Origin: Podospora anserina
Lineage: Eukaryota
Assembly (NCBI GenBank): GCA_017654855.1
Contig: CM030332.1
Location: 4,712,001 to 4,776,000, forward strand
Reading direction: 5' to 3'
Length of the DNA: 64,000 nucleotides
Position numbers and translations under genes: made by a program. The notes beneath the pieces were generated by a model that had not been told where the DNA came from, searched no databases, and was given only the letters and a program-made list of their open reading frames with translations. The stretch's first letter is position 1; each line of letters opens with the position of its first letter. Of this stretch, positions 1 to 11,142 are shown in pieces.

Positions 1-814
1 GGGGTGGTTTGCATGTAGGTCGACTCAGGTCTTTCTTTTCCGTATTGGCGGACAACAAATTGGGGCAACCCGTTGGCTGTGTATTTCCAACACCCTCCAT
101 AACCCCCGTTACCCCTGCGTCGAGGCATACGTGCACCGCCCTTTGTGTGCGCATGTCTTGGCCAGAGGCGCTCAGCGCATGTTTGCGAGCTCGTGTTTTT
201 TCTGTTCTGTTATCACTTCGCGTGCTGAATAATGTGTGCTGACCTGGAATGGCATAGTGAGCCGATGGGACCGACTCTTGATATTTGCTGCTTGCAATAT
301 TGCCGCGCTAGTCTGCTTCGTCCTTGTTATTGCTCTCTTTCCGGCCCTGAGTCTTGCAAGACCACGTAAGCTCATGATCTTGTAAGTGGACCTTTTCGGA
401 TATGTCGGGTTGGTATGCATAGTGGTCATCTTGCTTACAATAATAACAGATGGACACTGGGCTCTATTCTCTTCCTTTCCTCCTTCGCCGCTGTTATGGG
501 TCCATGGGCATACGTGCAGCACTTGACTTCGACGCCGAGGCTGCCCTTCACTGCTGCCTACTTTGGCTCCTTGGGGTTGACCATTTACTTTTCGATCGGT
601 GTAAGTCGCCTATTGAGACGCCTGCACAGCCCACCATTACTGACTTGTACATCGGCTGCAGCTCCAAAGTACAATCCTCACGATATTCTCAGGCCTTATT
701 CAACTTGGTTGCCTAATCTGGTATCTGGTCAGCTACTTTCCCATGGGATCGAGCGGCCTTCGCCTTGTGAGCAGTTTTGGTGCGCGCAGAGCCGCGACTT
801 GGATGACCGGGTAG
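1..814 (+). CDS. SFT2: Got1/Sft2-family vesicle transport membrane protein, 5' truncated by the window
   Basis: Exons <1-14, 258-381, 450-600, 662-814 with GT-AG introns 15-257, 382-449, 601-661. Spliced product: GWFALSRWDRLLIFAACNIAALVCFVL...RPRKLMILWTLGSILFLSSFAAVMGPWAYVQHLTSTPRLPFTAAYFGSLGLTIYFSIGLQSTILT...WYLVSYFPMG...ATWMTG*. Four hydrophobic segments and the SYFPMG motif are typical of Sft2. Confidence 0.88.
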
Positions 815-3800
815 AAAAAAGCGTTAGCCATGCGATGTATCAGACACCCCTTGTTGGATTTTTCAATTGCTGCTGAGGTTCTCATCCTCGGGTTGTATAA
901 ATAATAGACGTATGATATTATTGGATTATTGTTGACGTTATCGGTTACGCATGAGGCTACGTCCTGCTTAATCTTGACCAAACGCTTTCCTGATGCTCAC
1001 ACAGCTCCCATGCCTACCTTGTGAGGACGATGACGGATAATAAAGGGCGGCCTCGGTAATCAGGATATGTGGATAAGCGGGAGCTGCCCGGTGTTTGCGG
1101 GGAGGTGACAGAGAGTACCCGTAATTATCTCCACGTTTAGCCGATAGAACATGACGCTTGGCTGGTTCTTGGTGTTCCATTTCTTACCGACCTCGAACCT
1201 GGACTCTTTTGGGATCTCTCGCTTTCTGTAAGACCGAAGGCATCACCGCAGCAGTCAGAAGCCAAGGACCAGCACTGAATCCTTGGAGACTACGACCGTG
1301 GCGCAAGGCTTCCACCGTCGCCATCAAAAGAGGAAAGCTTCCCTCAGACCCAACCGGGTGTGTTTGAGTTGTCAACGCATTCGTGGCTTTTCCAGGAGGC
1401 GGCGAATCCTCCCCACTAATATGAAGATGGGCCTTTCACATGCGAAGAAAGCCATGCCATCACGGAGATAAGGCAATTTTGCTCCCAGCCTGCTTTTTCA
1501 TCTCTGCCTTTGTCGTTTAAAGAGGCCGAATGGGAACGCTATACAATATTATACTATCAAACGTGTTAGATACCAGGTTGCCTGTCCCTCCGCTGTAAGT
1601 GGACTGGGCCTGGCTTCTCGCTTCGGCCTATCTCCGCAGCTCCACGAATTGGCGGCACCGGCCGGTAATGGCTTTGCCCGCTCGGGAGCCTGTACGCAAT
1701 GAATGCGATGAAACCTTCCAAACTTGTGTTCGCTCTGCCGCACCGGGACTTATCAAGATAGCGGTAGCAGTCGAGATTACAAAGCGACCACCTCTAGATT
1801 GTCCAATGTGAAGTGATATGCAATAGCATACAATTCAGACACAGAAGGACGTTCGTCGTGAGAGGGTCTAGCGTAGGTCTTGACCGTTTAACCCCGCCTT
1901 CCTAATCAGGTTGGTGAGTGCAGTAGCGCGGCTTGTCTCTGTAAGCCGTTGTGACTTATTTTCCTGGCCATCATGATTTGATCAACACGAACCGGCCAGC
2001 TGCAATCAAAAGCTGGTACTGAGGGAACAGAAACCTGCCCCTCCGTTGTGTCACTTGCTCAGTTTCCCCTGAGCCTGGTTTGCGGGATCAAAACAAACCC
2101 CTTGGTCATTTTGAGCAGAGCTTGCTCAGAATGACATCTCATTGCAACATTCCTATATACCGCCACGCTGTGGGTAAACTACCACCTAAAACAGAGCGGA
2201 AGGAGAAATGCCACCGCAAAGTGACTTTTATATACCATTAGCAATTGAAACCCTCGGCATAGAGCGAGATGGTGCTGCCTGATAAAAGTGCAAAAAAGAA
2301 ACAAGCTGGGCCATGCCAGCAGCTCGCATGTGTATTGGATCATAATGAGCTGCTGGAAGACACCAAGATTTTGGTACAATGCTGACGGCCCTGTATGAAT
2401 ATACTGACATTTACCCAAGCGCTGCTCAAAGGACAAGAGTCAGAGCATTCACTCAGGACTGGGGCATACCCCAGAGTCGGCCAGGTTCCCCTCATTCGCA
2501 AGAGCCAGCATCATCAAATGTTACCGCTTCCCCAGATCGGACGGATCGGTGGGATGCCTGTTTTTGACAAAATGGAGGTCTGATTGAAAAGATGAATAGA
2601 TAGATTGCCAGAGACCGCCAATTATACTGATATAAAGAACGAGACACCCGGGGCACAGAGACAAGAGAACAATTCCTAAAGGACGGAAATCTTTAAGCAA
2701 CAAGCCAAGAAAAAGAAAAAAGACAGGGTCCCACTCAAAAGGCAGAGCGACGATGCAGACTGTCAGTGACTGCTCATGACTGACATGAAACTAAGCAACA
2801 ATAATAAAAGTGGGACGATGAGCCACTAGCAGGTGTCCCGTCTGTCATTCCATCCACAGGTGTATAAGCCGGAGCTGGAGCAATGAAAAGTAGTCAAGAG
2901 AGTTCTGGAAACCGCTATTCACTCACTGGGCTTATCGCAGTTCGGATGGGAGCAAGCTTCAGCGATAGGGGAGCATCTGGAGTAGGCGTAATTCTAATAA
3001 TACTGCTGATTGTTGCTGTGAACCTATTTCAACGGAGTTTTTCTTCACCTTTCCCACCCAACTCACTGTTGCAGTCGCCGACTTATATTCGCGCAACCCC
3101 GCTGTTCCCAGGGCCTACCTGTAGCCCACTCAAAACAAACTTGAGGTAAGTACCTGCTCTAAGCTCAGCCATCTCCACCACTCTTTTTTTTTGCGGCAGT
3201 CTGGGACCCGAAAAAATTTATTCCCACACAAATCTTCTCTAACCTTTTGCCAGGCGAAGCACGACTCTCTTGTTTCCCCTCGGCACCTTTTTTTTTTTTT
3301 TCCCTTTCCCCCTACGACCCGTACTTTATTCCGGACACCCTCCTCAAGCCCTGGTGCACGTAACCTAACCCCAATCCCAGAGTCGAGTTGGTTATTAGGG
3401 CTTTTGTCTTCGGTCCTCCGCGGATCCAAAAGTTTGTTCGGCATTTTCACCAACAACCACCACCTGCGAAAAGCACCTCACCCGGCCCTGATTGCACACC
3501 AAGCACAACATCGTCAATCCAGCACATTGTCGGTGGCATATACCCCCACCTCCTTCCCATCCGGCACTCGATCTCCGGCGTCTGCTTCGTTAACCGTCTC
3601 CCTTCCCTCGAGAGACACATCGCTGCATACCCCGCCGTCCGATTTTCTCGACGCCGCTAGCGTTGCTTCGACCGAGCCAGGTAAAAAAAAAAAAAAAAAA
3701 AATTCTGTACCCGCAAACTTTATTCACTTGACAAGCCGACCGGCCTGTTCATTTGTGACCTGTCTCCTTGGGAACCTTGGAGTAGCTGTCACCGTTAGAG

Positions 3801-4055
3801 CACCCGGACTGGTCCATCTTTGACCTCCGTCAAGAGCTTGAGCTTGCCTCTCTCCCTTTCCCTCGCCACCGTCACCGCAAGTCGACAGAAAGAAGGGTCA
3901 TTTTACTGGATAACCGCACATATTGTCGGTTGGCCAGTCTTAATCGACCAAAGTACGGCAGGAGAACAGCTTGCTGTCGCTGCTGTTGCGCAGTCGGGAT
4001 CATTCCGACATCTCACTTGATCGAGACAGGCCCACCCCGATCATCACCAATCAAC

Positions 4056-6998
4056 ATGTCTTCAGCGGCCTTTTCCTATGCCCAGGCCGCTCGGGGCCAA
4101 GCTCCTACACAGCCTAACACACAGGTGGCGTCGAGCCCCGCGCCATCAACAGTTGACTCCAATGTCAAGGACGATGTATCAACTGGCAACTCGTCCGTGA
4201 CTGCCCCTTCTGTCACCTCTAACATTGCCCTGGACGCCGAGCAGAGCATCCAGCCAGATTCCGAGAATGGAACAGCCAAGGTCTCTGCCAACACTGCCTC
4301 GCAGACCACCCCAACACCCACGGTTGTGCCGACAGCCGACATCGAGGAGAAGAAGGAGCAGGGGAGCGCCAACGTCAACTCACAGCAGCAGTCAGATGCG
4401 AGAAGCTCGAGGTCAGCCAGCAGGACATCCAGGAGGAATGACAATGGAGAGAACAAGAAGGGACGCAAGGGCAAGAAGTCGCGGGGTCAGGATAAGGAGG
4501 CCGAGCAGCAAGAGGAGGCTGCCGAGAAGCAGGCCGAGAAGCCTGTGTACACAGAAGCCGCCATTCCTTCTGTCAATCCTTGGTTGAAGCGTGCCGAGGG
4601 ACTCCAGTCCAAGACTCAGACTGCCTCAACGGCTGATGCTGCCGAAACCAAGACTTCTGAGGCTGCTGAGGCTCAGCCTGTGGTGAACGGTGTCAATGGA
4701 GACAAAGCTGCCCACAAGAAGCAACCAGATTCCCGGGCTGCTGAACAGCCCCCCCGCAGAAACGCCCCCCGAGGTGCTCGTGCCAACGACAAGGAGGAGA
4801 AGACTTCGGTGACGTTGCCATCGGTCGCTGATGCTTCTGCCTGGCCGGAACCCAAGGCCACTGCTGCTGCCGTCAAGGAGCAGCAACCCACTCGCAAGTC
4901 AGTTGAGAAGACTGAGAGCTCAGCAAAGGAGGGCCAAGATGAGGCGGCTCCCAAGAAGAAGGACTGGAAGAAGCTCGAGATCAACCACTCTGTCGTTTTT
5001 GAGACACAGCTGCCTACTCCTCGCAGCTCAAAACCCCGCGGTGGAGCTCGCGGTGGTCGTGAGTCGGGTTCCATGCGGGGCAACCTCAATGGTTCCGCTA
5101 CATCACCTACTGCCGCTGGTCCTGCTGCCGAGAAGGCTGTCCCAGCCGGAGGTGCTCCTGGTCCTCGTGCCACCGCTCGGCCCCGTGAGGGCAGTCTGCC
5201 AGCTCGCTCCGCTGGGCAGAACCAGACCACCTCACCTACCAAGCGTGGCTCCGTTGATGCCAGTGCTCAGGACCAGCAGAAGCCTGCTGCTTCCGCTAGT
5301 AATGAACAACCCCGTGAGAAGACCCAATCTGTAAGTTTGCCTCGAATCTACTTGTGCTTTGCCCTTCCAGGCACTAATTCGCTCCTGCAGTCATCCAGAA
5401 GATATACCAAGGACATCCGCACCGAGAACGGCCAGCTGAGTACTGAGGGTGGATCAACCCCAGGTCGTCCTTTTCCCCAGGAACGGGTCAACGGCTTCCA
5501 CCCCAAGGACGGTGCTCAGGGCAATGTCAATGGACACCATTACCCTGTTCGCGAGAACCGCCCAGAGCGCGGTCGCGGTGGCTATCGGGGCCGTGGCGGC
5601 CACAATGGTGCTGGCGCTCATGCCACCGGGTCTGCAGGCTTCCAGGTCAACGGACATTATCCCACACAGAACGGGTTCCATGGCCACTCGCACTCTCGTC
5701 AAGCACACTCTGCCCAGAGCCCCCCGCCGTTCAATGGCCAGTTTCCCCAAACTTTCCCCAACCAGGGCAGGGGCCGCGGCAAATGGAACGGGGCGAACCA
5801 ACATAGCCCTCGTGGCAACCACATGAGCGCCGGTTATCCTCCCAAGTCGGCCAATCCCGTACATGATTTCCAGGCCCCAGTCTACCCGCCTGTCATGTAC
5901 CCGTATGGCCCTGAGGCTATGATCAAGAACCAGGTAGAGTTCTACTTTTCCCTCGACAACTTGTGCAAAGACTACTTCTTGCGCAAGATGATGGATGGGC
6001 AGGGATTTGTGCGCCTTGAGGCCATTGCCAACTTCCCCCGTGTGCAGCAGCTGACTACAGACCTCAACGTCCTGCGCTACGCTTGCTTGCACCTGGAGAA
6101 TGTCGAGTTCGTCGTTGGTGATGACAATATTGAGAGGCTCCGGTCTGGCGACGCCAGAAGGGCTACTTTCATTCTGCCTGAAGACCAACGTGAGCCTGCT
6201 TCCAGGCATGATGGGCCTGCCAATTTCCGGGTCATGAACAGTCAAAACCCTTATGCCTCCTTTGGCGCCATGGCTCCGCCTATGATGGGCTACTCTCAGT
6301 ACCCTGACGGACACATGTACCAGCCTGAATTTATGCCCAGAGCTCACAACGAGTTCGCTGTCAACGGCAATGGTGCGGTGAACGGTTATCATCACTACCC
6401 CCATGATTCCCAGCTTTCCGCTGGTGTTCCTGCGTTTGCCCCCCCAGAGGAGCCTGTGTCTCTGGAGAGCATGACCAAGTTCTCAGACTCCCATGTTGAT
6501 AATCTTGTCATTGTCCTGGGTGCCAAGGATAGCGAAGAGACTGCTGCTGCTGTCGCGGGTTATGTTGCCAACGGTAACACCCAGGACGGCTCTGAGCCTA
6601 CCATTGTGTGGATTCAGGAGACTCAACCTGAGAAGCACGAGCGTCAACCATACCACGAAATCCGCAAGACTGCTCTCGAACGCCGCCAAGGGGCTCAGGC
6701 CGGTGAGGTTCCAGAGGAGATGCAGAACCTCTACCGCTTCTGGTCAGAGTTTCTCCTTAGCAATTTCAACGCCAGAGTGTATGAGGAGTTCAGAAACTTG
6801 GCTTTTGAGGATGCCTCCAGCTCAGTTCCCGCGACTGCCGGGCTCAAGACCCTTCTTGGCTTTTATGACAAGCTCTTGTTGGACACGTCTGTCCCCAAGC
6901 CATGGCCGAGCCATCGGGCGTTCCCTCTTGTTCTGACCGAGCACCTTCAGGCGGCCAAGGATCTCGATCAGAAGACACAGCCTCACGTTGCCATCTAG
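4056..6998 (+). CDS. La-related protein 1 (LARP1/Sro9-Slf1-like) with La motif, RGG regions and C-terminal DM15-like region
   Basis: ATG 4056 (MSSAAFSYAQAA). In-frame 60-nt intron 5331-5390 (GTAAGT...CTAAT...CAG). La motif IKNQVEFYFSLDNLCKDYFLRKMMDGQGFVRLEAIANFPRVQQL. DM15-like EMQNLYRFWSEFLLSNFNARVYEEFRNLAFEDA. Confidence 0.88.
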   Translation: MSSAAFSYAQAARGQAPTQPNTQVASSPAPSTVDSNVKDDVSTGNSSVTAPSVTSNIALDAEQSIQPDSENGTAKVSANTASQTTPTPTVVPTADIEEKKEQGSANVNSQQQSDARSSRSASRTSRRNDNGENKKGRKGKKSRGQDKEAEQQEEAAEKQAEKPVYTEAAIPSVNPWLKRAEGLQSKTQTASTADAAETKTSEAAEAQPVVNGVNGDKAAHKKQPDSRAAEQPPRRNAPRGARANDKEEKTSVTLPSVADASAWPEPKATAAAVKEQQPTRKSVEKTESSAKEGQDEAAPKKKDWKKLEINHSVVFETQLPTPRSSKPRGGARGGRESGSMRGNLNGSATSPTAAGPAAEKAVPAGGAPGPRATARPREGSLPARSAGQNQTTSPTKRGSVDASAQDQQKPAASASNEQPREKTQSVSLPRIYLCFALPGTNSLLQSSRRYTKDIRTENGQLSTEGGSTPGRPFPQERVNGFHPKDGAQGNVNGHHYPVRENRPERGRGGYRGRGGHNGAGAHATGSAGFQVNGHYPTQNGFHGHSHSRQAHSAQSPPPFNGQFPQTFPNQGRGRGKWNGANQHSPRGNHMSAGYPPKSANPVHDFQAPVYPPVMYPYGPEAMIKNQVEFYFSLDNLCKDYFLRKMMDGQGFVRLEAIANFPRVQQLTTDLNVLRYACLHLENVEFVVGDDNIERLRSGDARRATFILPEDQREPASRHDGPANFRVMNSQNPYASFGAMAPPMMGYSQYPDGHMYQPEFMPRAHNEFAVNGNGAVNGYHHYPHDSQLSAGVPAFAPPEEPVSLESMTKFSDSHVDNLVIVLGAKDSEETAAAVAGYVANGNTQDGSEPTIVWIQETQPEKHERQPYHEIRKTALERRQGAQAGEVPEEMQNLYRFWSEFLLSNFNARVYEEFRNLAFEDASSSVPATAGLKTLLGFYDKLLLDTSVPKPWPSHRAFPLVLTEHLQAAKDLDQKTQPHVAI

Positions 6999-8618
6999 AT
7001 CTGAGCACCAGGTGCCCCTGAGCAAGGCGTTTTGGTTGTTTGATACTTGTCACAACAGCACTTTGGAAGGGGTCTTCTGTCTATTTTTCAGCGTCCCGAA
7101 ATTTCTGGCAGGTTGCAGCCATCAAAAGTGTCAACTCGAAAAGTCAACATGATCACTTGATGGGACGGTTGCTTCACGCTGCGTTTGTCGAACATGGTAT
7201 TCATTCCATCTTTCAGCAGTGTTCTTTTCAGCATCGCCAGGTGCTATTCAGTTCTCGGCTTTATTTGTTATGGGGCCTTCTTTCAGTGAGGGGGTAGGTT
7301 GAGGAAAAGTGGTTAAAAAGAATCCTTTTATCTTGGCGAAAATGTCGTTCATGGCCTGGCCTGAATGGATCCCGGTCGAGCACGATCGGTTGGCGAGGAA
7401 GTGTTGACAACGAGGAAGGCTGTATTCTCGTCTACACGATGCCATTGGGACGCCCTGTCAGCGGGTTCTATATTCCTCGAGGCAGGCCTTTGCATTTCGC
7501 CATTTTGGGATCGGTTCTATCTTTGGGAAACTTGGGAAGGGGTCTGGGCGTTAATGTGAAGCTGGGACAGGAGACGATGGGTGTTTTTGACGTTTTTGTT
7601 CTGGAAGCAGAGCCAGGGGCAACAAAATAATTTTCTTCTTATGCATTGCGATTGGTCGCAAATTTTGCGTTTCTTATCCATGAGCTCGCAGCATGTTTCG
7701 GGGCGTTCATTTCTGTTTCGGATTGGTCGGGGTGCTTTTTCGGAAAACACCAAAAAAAAAAGACGAAAACTAGATTGAGCATTTGGAGCGGCTGCTGCAG
7801 ATATCGGCAACCTCTTCTATTGTTGTTGCGAGAGTTTCTTTTGTGCCTGGCACAAGCAGGAGGAAGGATGGTTCTTGATGAGAAGATGGTTTTAGACTTA
7901 GCCTTCTGGTTTCTTTTCGACTTTTTTCCTTCCACCGACTCAGCGACATTGCGACTTCTCTCAGTTTTCTTCGGCAAGACAAAAGTGTTGGTTGCGTATT
8001 GTAACAATGTATAAATAGCAGAAGAGAAGAAAAAAAGGACCAAAAAAATCAAAAGCGTTACTTTTGTATATATTGTATATTTATATATTTGTATTTATCT
8101 ATCTCTGTTCGGGGTGATGTATGGAGGGAATGAATGTACTTGAAGACATTTTGATATCTTCCAGGCCATCATTGTCTTGGGGTTCGGATGGAGAAAAGTG
8201 GGGCAAGCTACTTGAGAACTTAAACGTTGCCATTAAGCCTTTCTTTTGTCTGTCACGCGCCCATCTGCATCTCTGCCTTTACAAGACCAGCAAGCCTCCC
8301 AAAGTATCACTGTTGAAATTGAGCTTTACCAGTTCGAATTCATTCTGACCCTGGGTAAGCCGACTGTCTGCACATGTGAAAGTGTGTATATGGCTAACAC
8401 TGGCTCACAGACTGTTAGTCAACCGTTTCATCGGTGATCACATGCCAATAATCGCTTCAAGACCGTGAAAGAGGAGCGGCATCATCACCATCAACAGCAC
8501 AAGATCAATCACCAACACGCACGACGTATATACAGAGGGTGTTTTAGTCCAAGCCCGTTTGATATTATCACGCCTTATTTGAGCGTTGCACATTCATCAA
8601 GCAACTTGGTTGCAGCGA

Positions 8619-8619
<1 letters not shown>

Positions 8620-8702
<83 letters not shown>
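8620..8702. repeat. (CA)n microsatellite, about 41 units
   Basis: Uninterrupted CA run ending about 55 nt upstream of the bHLH ATG. Confidence 0.97.
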
Positions 8703-8704
<2 letters not shown>

Positions 8705-8757
8705 AGAATCACCAACTCGGCCAAACACATACCGCAAAGAGAGTGCGAGCAAAAAGG

Positions 8758-9312
8758 ATGGCAAGCTCAAACCACCACCACCACAACCAACCTCACAATT
8801 CATACCCCAACAGCGCAGCCAGCCAGTCCCAAACACCAATATCCCCCCCGGGCCTGAACGGCGGCGGCGGTGGTGGTGAGGACGGGGACAAGCCCCGGCT
8901 GACAAAGGAGCAGAAAAAGACTAATCACATCCAGTCTGGTATGTTCTCCTCTCTCTTTCTCTTTCTCTCCCCCCCGACTTTTTTGCTGACGGGAGGGGGG
9001 AAAACAGAACAAAAACGGCGGCTTGCTATTCGCCAGGCGTATGATGATTTGTGCACGCAGGTTCCTGGGCTGGAGGGGCAGGCGAGGTCAGAGGGGGTGG
9101 TGCTGAATGGGGTTGTGGGTTATGTCAGGAAGCTGATGCTGGAGAGGCAGAGGATGATTGCCGAATGTGAGACTAGGGGGTTGGAGGTTCCGGCTGGGGT
9201 GAGGGAGGGGTTGGCGAACATGCCGGTTGGGTTTTTGGACGAGGGGGAAGGGGGGAGGGATGGGAGTGGGAGTGTTAGTCCTGGGAAGGGGAGTCAAGGG
9301 GGGAGGGAGTGA
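8758..9312 (+). CDS. Small bHLH transcription factor (INO4/Max-like)
   Basis: ATG 8758; intron 8939-9007 (GTATGT...GCTGAC...CAG). Splicing restores the basic region KPRLTKEQKKTNHIQSEQKRRLAIRQAYDDLCTQVPGL...SEGVVL. Confidence 0.85.
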   Translation: MASSNHHHHNQPHNSYPNSAASQSQTPISPPGLNGGGGGGEDGDKPRLTKEQKKTNHIQSGMFSSLFLFLSPPTFLLTGGGKTEQKRRLAIRQAYDDLCTQVPGLEGQARSEGVVLNGVVGYVRKLMLERQRMIAECETRGLEVPAGVREGLANMPVGFLDEGEGGRDGSGSVSPGKGSQGGRE

Positions 9313-11142
9313 TGGGTGGATGGGTGGATGGGTGGATGGGTTGGGGGAGTTATAGGATAGAGGTGGAAGTGTTGGTTTTTTGTGTATACTCGTTGGGGGG
9401 ATGCGTTGATGGTGTTGATGGGTTGAAGGCGTTTGGAAAGCGCAGATATCTCCGGTTGGTTTCATAAGGAGGAGTCAATAATTCTAGATGATGTTTCTCC
9501 CGCTTGGGAGGTAGCGATTAGTTGCAATAGAATTGACAATGATTTTCAAGATGAGGATTAGCTTTCATGGCTTTGGGGTCTAGCTACTCTGTACAATAGT
9601 TATTTGTGAGTTTTTGCCAAGGACAAAACACCCACAATCGTCCCCTCCTGGCATTATCGAAGGACCCTCCTCGGCTTCACCGTCCGCAATGACATCATAA
9701 GACCCCTCCAAAACTCAACGTCAATCAGTTCGACCAGGGTCAAGGAAAAGTCAAGTTGAAATGACCACAGCCCAATTGTGCCTGACAGCTTTCGTCTAGA
9801 GTAGCGGAAAAAGATGAGCCTATCGAAGAGAGGAAAATGATGCACTACAGCAGAAACGGCGCACGCCAGTATGATACAGCAGTTAATATTACAAGGTATA
9901 GCCGCTTGTGACCAGCTGCTCACGAGGTGAGTGAGTATTGGCCACTGCGCCACATGAGCACTGCGTCATCGCTTCAGAACTGTGGCAGGGAACGGCAATT
10001 TTCTGGAGCACTACGAACTGTTTGGGCTTGGTTTTACGCCCGACACGAGCGGAGATAGCGGAGTAGTGGGCATCTCCTTTGCAAGTTATGGACGTGAGCG
10101 AGCTGTCGCTGTTCGCTCTTTCGGGGTCCTCGGAGGGTAGACAATCTTCCCGAGTCTGTGGTGTTGGATTTACAAACAAACCATTGCTGGGATGATCGAT
10201 CATTCCTGAAGCGATCAAAAACTAAAAGAGAACAAGGGAGAAACAGTGTAACACATGTGTGGGAGGGAGGACAACGTGTAGTCTTTATATCTGCCGTTTA
10301 ATAGGGAATATGCCTAGCAGGTGTTGATGGTTGTCAGTGCCCTGGGCCTGGTGTCACTGAGCACCAACAACAAAGATTCCGAATTTGGATCCCATGCTTC
10401 AACTGAGGTCGACTTCAGGGCGTTCATCTGATGTTTGCAAAACCAGGATGTGGCTTGTTTTCTGTACCAGAGATGGGAACGACAGTGATACAGCATCGAT
10501 AGCTACAGCGGCGGTACAGGATATTGGCGAGGAGGGAGGCGCCCTCATCTATTCGTGTACTCTGAAGCCAACAGGCCAACCTGCGAGGCCCCCCAAACGT
10601 CTCAGTTTCAAGAGAACAGCAACCAGCAGTAGCGCTCGCCCGGCCAATACGACAACGCCGCCCACCATGGAGCCTTGCCTTGGTTCCGCTGCTGGCCCAA
10701 CACCAGTAACAGGAGATCAGCGGCCAGGCCGATGCCCATCAGGCCTCCCAACCCTTCGACGATCTTCTTTTCCGTCACCTGTCATCACAGAGAGCCTCAC
10801 CCAAGACAAGTTGGCGGCTTCCTAGTCTCTTTCCTATCTCCAGCTTCCTCACCGCAACAAGACTCTTGAAAAACACCAACAACGATCAGGCGTTGCTTGC
10901 AAATTACCTACCGCTTACTTGAGAGCTGCAGCTGCATCTGCATGACTGGTTCCTCCCACCAGCACCGCCGCCGATAGAACCCCTCGAACGAACCCCTCCC
11001 TACCCTGGGAAAATAGCCCCACTCTCTTCGCAATCCTTCTACAACACACTCCCAGCCCCCCTCTGACTCTTGCTTTTCAGCATCTCAGCACACAAACTTT
11101 TGCTTTTCTCCAATCCAGCAAGGAGAAACAACGACTCAACTG

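Noticed and set aside
3191..3823. 210-aa ORF upstream of the LARP1-like gene
   Set aside because: Non-ATG start; runs through poly-T and poly-A tracts of a pyrimidine-rich promoter/5'UTR; no domain features.
5454..6404. 316-aa antisense ORF, plus similar shadows at 14681-15409, 16277-16918, 18257-18889 and 61816-62595
   Set aside because: They lie opposite well-supported genes and are expected from GC-rich codon bias.
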